From Prorocentrum cordatum (Eukaryota), in NCBI GenBank assembly GCA_963575745.1, contig CAUYUJ010000193.1, positions 62,001 to 117,000 of the forward strand: a stretch of DNA of 55,000 nt. The letters are read 5' to 3'. Numbering within the stretch: position 1 is the first letter of the stretch; each line of letters begins with the position of its first letter. Under the pieces are notes generated by a model. That model had not been told where the DNA came from. It searched no databases and saw only the letters and a list, made by a program, of their open reading frames with translations. The position numbers were made by a program, and so were the translations under genes. Positions 1-9,789 of the stretch are shown piece after piece.

Positions 1-621
<621 letters not shown>

Positions 622-749
622 ATCAAAAAAGAGAAGCACGGCTTGAGCATGAACTTTCGGAGGTCCGCTCCGACCTCTGGGATCGGCCCTCCTTCCCTTC
701 CTGGCCGCGGGCGCTGCCGCCTCGTCGGCCGCCGATGGAGTCGAGCCTC

Positions 750-903
750 GAGTCGGGCATGTCCCTCTACAGGAAGAATATTCGAGAATAGTAAAAAGAT
801 AGCCTGGTGAGGTTTCTTCTTGATTTTTCGACTATCGTATAATTTGCTGACAACTTTGAAGTTCTCTTCCAGCATTCGCCTGTAGGAGGACATGCCCGAC
901 CTC
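750..903. repeat. Inverted repeat pair (end motif of a dispersed repeat family)
   Basis: GTCGGGCATGTCCCTCTACAGG (~752-773) is the imperfect reverse complement of CCTGTAGGAGGACATGCCCGAC (~879-900). The latter motif recurs at ~20114-20140. Confidence 0.7.
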
Positions 904-1067
904 AGTTGAGCCGTTCCCCTCATTTCGGTTCTCTGGTGCAGCGCTGATCTGCGCTTGCCTAGCATGGGCCTTTTTCGGGGAGGGACAACGGCATAAACGT
1001 AAAACTTTCGGGGCTCAGCGCGAATCTATCGGACCAGCGTTGGGCTAACTCGCGGCGCCTCTGGCTC

Positions 1068-1272
1068 CCCGTCGCCGCCCCGTCGCCGCCCCGTCGCCGC
1101 CTCGTCGCCGCCTGTCGTCTGGGCCTGTCTGTCGGTCGCCGCGCTTGTTGCCGCCGTCGCCGCCCCGTCGCCGCCCAGTCACCGCCCAGTCGCCACCCCG
1201 TCGCCGCCTCGTCGCCGCCCGTCTTCTGGACCGGTCTGTCGGTCGCCGCGCTTGTTGCCGCCGTCGCCGCCA
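1068..1272. repeat. CGTCGCCGCC minisatellite heading macro-repeat array 1
   Basis: 10-11 bp CGTCGCCGCC(C) units with GTCGTCTGGGCCTGT; a related block at 24715-24970 heads array 2. Confidence 0.85.
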
Positions 1273-1289
1273 TTCCGGCGCTTGACAAG

Positions 1290-4200
1290 GATTGCGCAAC
1301 ATATATTCCCTTCATTCAGATAATTTGAATCCACCACCTTCCCAAGGTCGGACTTGTCGTTTCCCTCTGGGGATGTGCAATTTTGTCATGATTACGCTCC
1401 ATCTCTCGGTGGATTTTAATGATTTCATACAACCACAACCAAACTGGTATCGACAACCCCCTTCATCTTCGTCAAAGAATACTATGTGCGCACGTTCGGT
1501 TAGCAACAATCATCAGTTTTTCATCAATCCTTTGCGACAAGCGGGGCAAAGTCCACACGCGTGCGGCTTTGCGCGCGCATGCTGGAAATCTTCAAACAAA
1601 TTGTGTTTTCGTAAAGGTTTGAATCTATAGTTTCCCGAATGCATGAAAGCGAACGATGGTTTCGCAACCGTTTTGTTTTTTCAAGAAAGTCTGCGCGCGC
1701 GCACTTGCGACTTTTTTGCAAACCACAGGGTGAACTTACTAGTATTTTGCATCACATGCGACCAAGAGGGCTTTTCCTTCTGCTGCGCGCATGTCGAAAT
1801 CATTCGAACGACCTTGCGCGCGTGCTGGGGAGGCACGGTACTTTTCAAATCATTCCACGTGTCCCAGTCGCGCGCGTCGGCCGCGCGCGCATTTCGAAAT
1901 CCTCCCAAGCCTTCGTCGCCGACACGTGGGCAGCATCACCGTCATCAGATTGACCAGCATCGGCGCCGTCATTGGATCTGCCGTCGTCATCGTTACCGTC
2001 ATCATCACCGTCGCTACTGTCATCATCGCGTCTGCCTTTGTCGACGTCGCCATGGTACCGCGCCCGCCCGAGCCACCGAGTCCTCTCAATGAGGTTCCCG
2101 CGCGTCCGCGCGGCCTGCGAGACGCGCCGGGAAAAACCCGGCGGTCAGTGCCACCGCGGCCATGTCGGTCGCGCCATACTAGCTGGCCGACCTGCGGGCG
2201 AGCTTGCGCGCGCCAGCGAGGTCGCAGCCATGCGCCAGCCACCGCCGAACAGTCATCGCAATCGCCGTCGCAACTGGGTTTTGCAAACCAAGTTGCGGGT
2301 GGGTGGGTGGGATGATTGCACGAGCTGTGGGGCTGAAGACTTCAAGGCCGACAGGGTGAACTGCACCACATAGAGAGCACAACGTTGATTGCACAACATA
2401 AATGGCACCTACGTATATTGCGATTCACATGGGTCTCACAACGTAGGTTGCACGTTTATTGCGAGTTACATGGATCTCCACTTCTCCCCCCCGGAGTGAA
2501 CGCCCCCCCTCTTTTCGTATTGCAAATTGCGTATGATTCTGCCCCATCGCTTATCCTAGATATGAGGTCGTACCATCCCAAGCAGGCCTGTATCGGTACT
2601 CCCCCCTCATCCCCTGCAAGAAGTATTCTGCGCGCGCGTTCGGTCATCATAAATCATCAGTTTTCAAGATCCCTTGGTAACAAATGGACGAAGTGCACAC
2701 GCGCGCTTCGTCGCGCGCACATGCCGGAATCCTTCAGCATTTTCAGGCTTCATACGGATCTCAAAATCGGTTGCCCCGAACATTTAAACACGCATGGTTT
2801 CGCAACAAGAAGTTTCGAAAAAGCTTGTGCTTAGGCTCTTGCGAATTCTCAAGAAAGCCAAAGGTTTTCGAACATGTTCATAACTTGCTACGAAGCGGGC
2901 CTCTCGCCCGCGCATGGCGGAATCGCTCGAACGCTTGCGCGCGTGCTGTCGCGAGAACCCTCTGCGCGAAGTGGGGCGAAGTGCGCGCGCGCGTCGTCGC
3001 ATGCACATGCCGTCATCTTTCAAAACCTTGGGTTTCGCAGTGATCTCAAAATCCAGTTCCCCGAAAACATAACAACGCATGTTTTTTTTTTTTTGGGGGG
3101 GGGGGGCGAACTGAGTTCTCAAGAGTGCTGCGGAACACCAGAGGCGGCCAAACGGGCCCCTCGCGCCGCGCGTCGAATTTATTCGAAGCCCTTGCGCGCG
3201 TGCTGGGGTGGGGGGCGCAATCCGTGTCAATTCATGCCATGCGGTCGCTCTCGCGCGTCGGCCGCGCACGCGTGTCGGGCGCCCTCCGAAATCGTCACCG
3301 CCGATGCGAGGGCACCGTCGTCGTCGTCGGCGTGATCAGCTTCGACGCCGTCGCTGGCCTTGCCGTCGTCGCTGTCGTCGTCGCCGCCAGCGCCGCACAC
3401 GTCGTCGTCGCGTCTACCGTAGTCGACGTCGCCATGATGCGGCGCCCCCCCCATTCGCCTACTTGCGCTGAGCTGCCCGCTGGGAAGTGGCCGGCGGTCA
3501 GCGCCAGCGCGGCCGCGTCGGTGGCGCCGAACTATTTGGCCGCTGCGCGCGCGAGTATGCGCGGGCCAGAGCGGCCGCGGAAATGTGCCAGCCAACTCCA
3601 AGCGCTCATCGCAATCGCCGCAGCATCGGTGCTGCAAACCAAGTTGCGGGTGGGCAGGTGGGGCGATTGCGCGAGCAGTGAGGTGGGCAATTCATTGCGA
3701 AAAGACAGCAGTGAGATATGATTCTGCCCTGTCGTCCATCCTGAATTTGAAACTATGCCATCCCATGCGGGCTGGTATCGCCCCCCCTCGTCCTCTGGAA
3801 CAGAGTTAAGTGCGCGCGCTTGTTTATGACGAAGCATCAGTTTTCAAGAACCACTTGCAGATAATCGGACGAGGCGCCCGCGCGCGCGTGGTCGCCCGCG
3901 CATTCTGGAACCCCCAAAGCGGTTTCAGGTTTCGCCCGTATTTCAAAATCGAGCGCCCCGGCAGCAGATGACAACGCATGGTTTCGCAATGAAGGTCTTC
4001 CAAGCAATCTCTCGCGCTCGCACTCGCGCAGATTCTTCGAACCATCGGCTTCTCAACTCTTCCATCACATGTTGCCAAGCGGCCCTCTCGCGCGCGCATA
4101 TCGACGTCGTTCCAACGCCCGTGCGCGCGCGTTGTCGCGACAATCCCTCGCGCGAAATTGGAGGAAGCGCGCGCGTGCCGAAAGCGGGGATTTCAACCGC

Positions 4201-6595
4201 GAGTGCCCCGAATACACATGCAACATTTGTTTTGCAGCGTCAGTTTTCAACGAGGGCTTGCGCGCGCGCTCGTGCGAGTTCTTCAGAGATCTTTTGCCGG
4301 GTGGGCCTCTCGCGCCGCGTGTCGATCTCATCCGGTCGCCCTCGCGCGCGCGCTGGCGGGGGGGGGGGGCGCGATCCGCGTCAAATGCTGCCGCGCGGGT
4401 CGCTGCCGCGCGCGTCGAACTTTTTTCAGGGCCTTCGTCGCCGACGCGAGGGCGTCGTCGTCGTGGTCGGCGGGCGTGATCAACGTCGGCGCCGTCGTTG
4501 GCCTCGTCCGTCGTCGTCGTCGTCGCCGCCGCCGTCGCCGCCGCCGTCGTCGCTTCTCTCATCGTCGCGCCGACCGTTGTCGGCGTCGCCGTGATGGCGC
4601 GCGCGCCCAAGTCACATATTAGCATTGAAGTGCCCGCTTGGACGTGCCGGGCGGTCAGCGCCGCCGCGGCCGCGTCGGCCGCGCCGCAATGGCTGGCCGC
4701 TGCGCGCGTGAGCGTGCGCGGGCCAGAGCGGGCCGCAGGGGTGCAGCAGCCAACGCCAAACGTTCATCGCAGTCGCCGTCGCATGGTTTTGCAAACCAAG
4801 TTGCGGGTGGGTGGGTGAATGATTGTAAGCGCGCGGTGGAGTTGGCAACTCGCTGCGAGCATGGGTGAATTTCGAAACTTTGGTTGCGCCGCGTAGATTG
4901 CGCCGCGTATATCTCACAACGTAGAGTGCATATCACGTGTTGTACAACGCACAATGCGCCACGTAGATTGCACCGCGCAGATTGCCGTGCATATACTCCA
5001 CAACAGTATGATATTTTAGTTGCCCCCTGTTTGATCGGCTTCACCCTGGGATGGTGTGATTTCAGATCCATTCTCCAAATTTGTATCATTGGTCGTTTGT
5101 CTAACTCAGTTGTATGGTCCCAGCCCGGCCGGCAGTGGTGCCCCAGCATCCCTGTCATGCAGTGCTATGCGCGCGCGCTCGTTCGCGTTCGTTCATCGCG
5201 CGTCGTCAGTTTTCAAGGACCCCTGGCCAAACGCATCTGACAAAGTTCACGCGCGCGCGTCGTCGTGCGCGCATGCCGGAATTCTTCAGCAACTCTTGGT
5301 TTCGCAGGGTTTTCAGGATCGATTTTCCCGACTTTAGAAACACATGTACGTGCATATGTATGTATGCATGCATGTATGTATGTTTGTGTAATGTAATATG
5401 TTTACATGCTTGTTTAGTCTTATATTTATAACTGTTTGTAAGCCGCTGCTTCTGAATACAATGCGTAACCATGGTTTCCCAACCAGACGCTTTAAACAAG
5501 TCTTCGCGCGCGCTCTTGCGAATTCTTATGTCAACCATCTGCTTTGTAACGCTCTCGCGCGCGCGTGCCGAATCACTCGGGCGCCCTTGCGCGCGTGCGG
5601 AGGGGGTGGGCGGGGGGGGGGGGGGCGCGATCCCTGTCAAATAATTCCACGTGGGCCACTCGCGCGCGTTGGCCGCGCGCGCGTGTCGGACTCATTCCAA
5701 AACCTTCATCGCCAACATGTGGACACCATCGTCGTCATCGGCGTGATCAGCATCGGCGCCGTTCTTGTCATTGCCGTCGTCATCGTCACCGTCGTCACCA
5801 GCGTCGCTAGTGTCATCATCGCGTCTGCCGTTGTCGACGTCGCGATGATACCGCGCCCGCTCGAGCCACCGACTCGCACTGAACCGCCCGCGCGTCAGCG
5901 CAGCTTGCTGCGAGACGCGTTGGGGAAATGCACAGCGGTCAGCGCCGCCGCGTCCATGTCGGTCGTGCCTGACTATCTGGCCGCGCTGCGCGCGAGCGCT
6001 CGCGCGCTAGCGCGGCCGCGCCGATGCGCCAACCAGCGCCAAGCAGTCATCGTAATCGCTTCCGCATTGGTTTTGCAAACCAAAGTGCGGGTGGGTGGGT
6101 GGGGGGATTTCGCGAGCAGCGGAGCTGAACATTCAGTGCGAGAAAAAAGGGTGTACTTGATAGATCCGCGCCACGCATAGTGTACAACATCATCAATTTC
6201 ACAACGTAAATGCACCACGCATTTTGCTCCACATGCATTCCACAACGCGTGCGGCACCACATAGACTACACCACACATATTGCACAACGTATCTTGCATA
6301 ACATTTATTTCACAACATGTATGGCACCACGTCGCTTGCTCCACATAGGTTGCGCTATGCATGTCGATCCACATGGTGTACACAACGTAGATCACACACA
6401 ACATACATTGCACAATGCACATTGCATTGCACCAAGCATGATGTACCTCGTATACCGCACAGTGTTCATTGCACGCCATAGGTTGCGCTTCATCGGTTGC
6501 ACGACATAGGTTTGGCAACATATTTTGCACACCGCCAGCAACACAACGTATCTAACTCCACGTATATTGCACAACGTACATCGCAATAACACATT
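1290..6595 (+). repeat. Macro-repeat array 1: about 4 diverged tandem units of 1.15-1.35 kb
   Basis: Anchor GCAAACCAAGTTGCGGGTGGG at 2283, 3634, 4791 and 6075 (variant). Each unit has (GC)n tracts, CATGGTTTCGCAAC-like motifs, a GTC-rich module and a degenerate TAGATTGCACCACG-like tail, expanded at 6160-6590. Confidence 0.9.
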
Positions 6596-7172
6596 TTCGG
6601 GCCCTCGCTGGCCAACCTCTTTTTTTCTAGGACCGTTTCCGCTGCCCTGGCGTCGTTTTCGCTTGTGTGGGGGGGCTTCCTGGTCGGCCCCGGAAACCGC
6701 GGCCTGGTTCGCTTCGAGATCCTAGGCAGGACGCGCCCCGGGAGAGCCAGTTTTTCCGCCTGGCGTCAGTGACGGGCCTGGGAGGCCGACTTCGAGGAAA
6801 ACGCCAGAATAGGAACAATCACGTCGGCGGGTGTGTGGGTTCGTGCCTTCCGTCCTGGCCGCGGAAGGGTCCGAGGAGCAGCGGCGTCGGTACGCTTTGG
6901 TTTTCCTCTCTTCTCGTCCCCCTCGTCCTCCTCGTCGTCCTCGGGGGCGCTTCGCGAAATGCGAATCCCGAAAATCGCTGGGTCAGTTTTGGAGGTCGCG
7001 GCGGCCACACATCGGGGCAAGGTTTTTGTCAAGGAGTGGCATGCCCCTTTCCAGCCCCCCTTCCCGCTTTAGCCCACCATTGACTATGCAGCGACAGAGG
7101 ATTGTCGACCCATGCCCAACATGGGCAGCCATGCTGCTTTGGTGAGTGGTCGATGCTCACGCAGCCACACAA

Positions 7173-7369
7173 CGGCGGCGAGCGAGGGGGGGAAGTGAAA
7201 AGGGGCAGGCCTTCTCAGAAGGTTCGGAAGTCCCCCAGTTTTCTGAGAAGTTTCCTGAGCCTTCCCCGAAGACAGAAACAACTTCTCAGAAGGCGCGAGG
7301 GCTTCTGAGAATTCCCACCGCCTTTGAGACGGCCTTCTCTTTCTCCTTTCCCCCCCTCGCTCACCGCCG
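7173..7369. mobile_element. MITE-like foldback element (~197 bp)
   Basis: CGGCGGCGAGCGAGGGGGG... at the left versus ...CCCCCCTCGCTCACCGCCG at the right; imperfect inverted repeats of about 45-50 bp; internal CTTCTCAGAAG/TTCTGAGAA motifs in both orientations; AA on both flanks. Confidence 0.7.
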
Positions 7370-7604
7370 AACGCAGCCGCCCCTGCATCGGTATCCTCTG
7401 GTTCCTCCCAGGTCGCCGCCGCACGCCCGCGGCGTCGGCGCCGGGGCGCCACCGACGAGCGGTGGCCCAGCCGCCGCCAGGAGCAGGACGCCCTGGCAGG
7501 GCGCCTCGGAGGTGGGTGGGTTGGGTGGCTTCACAATGGGACCCTTCGGGGGCCACGCCAAGACGCCCACGAGGCGGCCACGGACGGCAAACCGCCGACC
7601 AGGC

Positions 7605-7797
7605 TCAGAGCTCGTCCTGCAGGGCCTTCGCGGGGAAGGCCTGCACGATGGTCTGAGCCAGCTTTGCCTTCACCGTGAAGAATTTACCAAATATTTCGCG
7701 CTTCCCGGCGTTGGTCGCCTTCTTCTGGCGGGTCTTGATCATGACAGCACCTGAACTTACCGTTTCCCTTCGCCTTCTGCGCTGCAGTGCCCAGAAA
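7605..7797 (-). pseudogene. Dinoflagellate HU-like histone-like protein (HCc / major basic nuclear protein) C-terminal fragment, 5'-truncated and frameshifted
   Basis: Minus strand reads FLGTAAQKAKGNGKF, then one extra base (7752), then GAVMIKTRQKKATNAGKREIFGKFFTVKAKLAQTIVQAFPAKALQDEL* (stop 7607-7605). This matches the HCc/HLP pattern GKF..PG..MIKTR.K.AT.AGKRE.FGK...VKAK.A.T.VKAFP..ALK, recognised from memory. It is absent from the ORF track. Confidence 0.88.
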
Positions 7798-8242
7798 CTG
7801 GAGCGTATACCTTACTAGTGGCGGGGGGTCGGGGATGGCGTCGGGGTGGTGCGGTGTACGTCTTCTCCCCCATGTATACACACCAGGATCCCGTAGGAGC
7901 CAGGATCCGCTTTCCTGTGCGAGCTTCAGTGCGGCGCCGGGAAGAGAAGCGTCGGTGTGGAGTTCCGCTCCTGAACTTCACGGGGGCCCTGTGGCACCCT
8001 CTGCACATTCCGCTCACGGAGTGCGCTGGCGTGCGCTGGCGTCCGGCAGCCGATGGGGAAGCGCCGATTTCGCGTCGACTCGGCGTCGGTCGGTGTCGAT
8101 TCGCAAGAGCCCTGGGGGGGTCGAGCAGTGGCGAAGCGTCCTGACTTGCCACCAGGCCCACCACATAATGTTCTGAACATCCTGCGTGGTTGTTCCCACA
8201 TGCTCTCAGAGCATTTCTCGCTGAGGCAGTCTGGTTTCAATC

Positions 8243-8400
8243 GCAGTGGATACCCATGCCACGAAGCACCCCGCTTGCCTCCAGGGTACCCTGGGTTTCC
8301 TGGGCTTAGATGGTCTTGCTATGGACAGCGTGACGCTCCCACATCAAAAATCAATGGACGTCCCAGGGTCTCAGGCTTGGGCCTCTCGCGGCAAGCTTCC
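8243..8400 (+). repeat. Dispersed repeat fragment homologous to 20150-20310
   Basis: Shared CAGTGGA.ACCCATG.CA.G.A.CACCCCGCTTGCCTCCAGGGT.CCCTGGGT and GCGTGACG.TCCCACA. Confidence 0.85.
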
Positions 8401-8711
8401 CGTGGTCGGGCCCCCACTGCAGTCCGCCTCGTGCTCTTGGAGCGCGCTCTCTTGTGCTCTTGGGCCCCTTCGTGCCCGGCCTGCGGGGATGCCGGGAGGC
8501 TCGGCCCCTGCTCGCGCGGGGGGGGGGGGCCCGTCGACGAGCTCGCGGGAGCGCGGGGGCAGGGCTCGGGAGCTCGCCGAGCGCGCGGCGAGCTCCGAGC
8601 CCTGCCTCCGGCTGCAACGCCCCTGGGAGGTCGAGTGCTGCCTTTGCCCTGGCCCGACGTGCGGCCTGCGCCGGCTCCATCTGGCCTGATCCCGCTCAAC
8701 ATAGTAGGACA

Positions 8712-8870
8712 GGGAGGAGGAGGGGGAGGAGGAGGAGGGGGAGGAGGAGGAGGAGGAGGAGGAGGAGGAGGAGGAGGAGGCGGAGGCGGAGGAGGAGGAG
8801 GAGGAGGAGGAGGAGGAGGCGGGAGGAGGAGGCGGAGGAGGAGGAGGAGGAGGAGGAGGCGGAGGAGGAG
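8712..8870. repeat. (GGA)n microsatellite
   Basis: Direct reading. Confidence 0.97.
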
Positions 8871-9280
8871 CCCGGCTTCAGCCCGCTCGATCCCGCCTCG
8901 TCCGGCGGAGTCCGGGGCCCCCGCCGGCACAAAGCGGCCCCCCGAGGGGGCCGCATCCTCTCCGAGTCTTCCCGACGAGGGCCTCCCAGCAGCTGCCTCC
9001 TGCCCTGCCCCGCCTCGCATGGGCTCGGGAGGAGCGGTGGCTGGCGGGGGCAGGGCTCGGGCGTCGCCGCTGGAGCTCCCCGCGCTGGGCGCTTGCCGCC
9101 CGCCCTCTGGCCCCGGGACCACCACCGAACGCTCCGGCTCGCAGCAGGCCGCAGACAGAAACGGGCCTGGGGCTCTGGCCGCGCTCTGCCGCGAGAGGCT
9201 GCGCTGCTCTCGCAGCGCCGGCCCTCGGGGCTGCCGCGCCCTCCTCGCCTCCCGCAGCCTCCTCCCCGCCCCTCCGCGGG
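8871..9280 (+). CDS. Possible upstream exon(s) of the BRCT gene; boundaries and frame unresolved
   Basis: GC-rich, stop-free stretch. The frame of ORF 8053..9435 gives Ala/Pro/Gly/Ser-rich peptide (SLPDEGLPAAAS...MGSGG...) similar in composition to the downstream exons. No unique splice solution. Confidence 0.25.
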
Positions 9281-9285
9281 CCACG

Positions 9286-9421
9286 TGCGAGCCCTGCCCC
9301 CCTGCCCCCCCCACGAGTTCTGAGGGGGCGGGCGGGGCTCGCTTCGCTCGGGAGCTCCCGAGCGGAGTGGACCCGACCCGCCCCCTCAGAACTCGTGGGG
9401 GGCAGGGGGGCAGGGCTCGCA
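9286..9421. mobile_element. Near-perfect 136-bp hairpin (MITE-like)
   Basis: TGCGAGCCCTGCCCCCCTGCCCCCCCCACGAGTTCTGAGGGGGCGGG pairs with CCCGCCCCCTCAGAACTCGTGGGGGGCAGGGGGGCAGGGCTCGCA; the centre is the palindrome CGCTCGGGAGCTCCCGAGCG. Confidence 0.8.
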
Positions 9422-9463
9422 TTTTGCCCCCCTAATCCCTGTCACGGCGGAGCCCCGCGGGAG

Positions 9464-9595
9464 GCCAGTCGGGCTCCCCAGAGGTTCCCCGTGCCGCGCT
9501 CGGCGCTCCCGGCGGCGCGGAGCCGGCGGCGGGCACCCCGCGCGCGGCCCGGCCGCAGGGAGGCGCCCCCGACGAGGGGCCCCGGGCTGCTCTCG
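9464..9595 (+). CDS. MDC1/PTIP-like tandem-BRCT protein, predicted internal exon A
   Basis: AG|G acceptor and G|GC donor, phase-compatible with the next exon. Peptide GQSGSPEVPRAALGAPGGAEP...DEGPRAAL resembles the ESRAAFGSP / EFRAAFAEP repeats downstream. Confidence 0.55.
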
Positions 9596-9789
9596 GCTAG
9601 GAGGGAAAAAACACACAGACACAATTCATCGTCGATTCCCCAGCAAATATGGGAAAGTGTGGGAGGTGGGGGGGGGAAGACGAAGCCCCAAAGAATTCAC
9701 GGGGAGATATGGGGAATGGTTTTATTTGTGTGTGTATATCTATTTGTGTGTCCCGGGGCCCCTTCTTTTTGGCCCTCCCTGCGACGCAG

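Noticed and set aside
7605..9464. Functional linkage of the HLP relic and the BRCT gene (two chromatin-related loci in divergent orientation)
   Set aside because: The HLP copy is truncated and frameshifted, so proximity is probably chance in a genome with many retrocopies.
9623..9716. Possible miniature member of the hairpin-ended element family in the 194-bp intron (AATTC...CCCCA ... GATATGGGGAA)
   Set aside because: The inverted match is only about 5 bp, too short to support.
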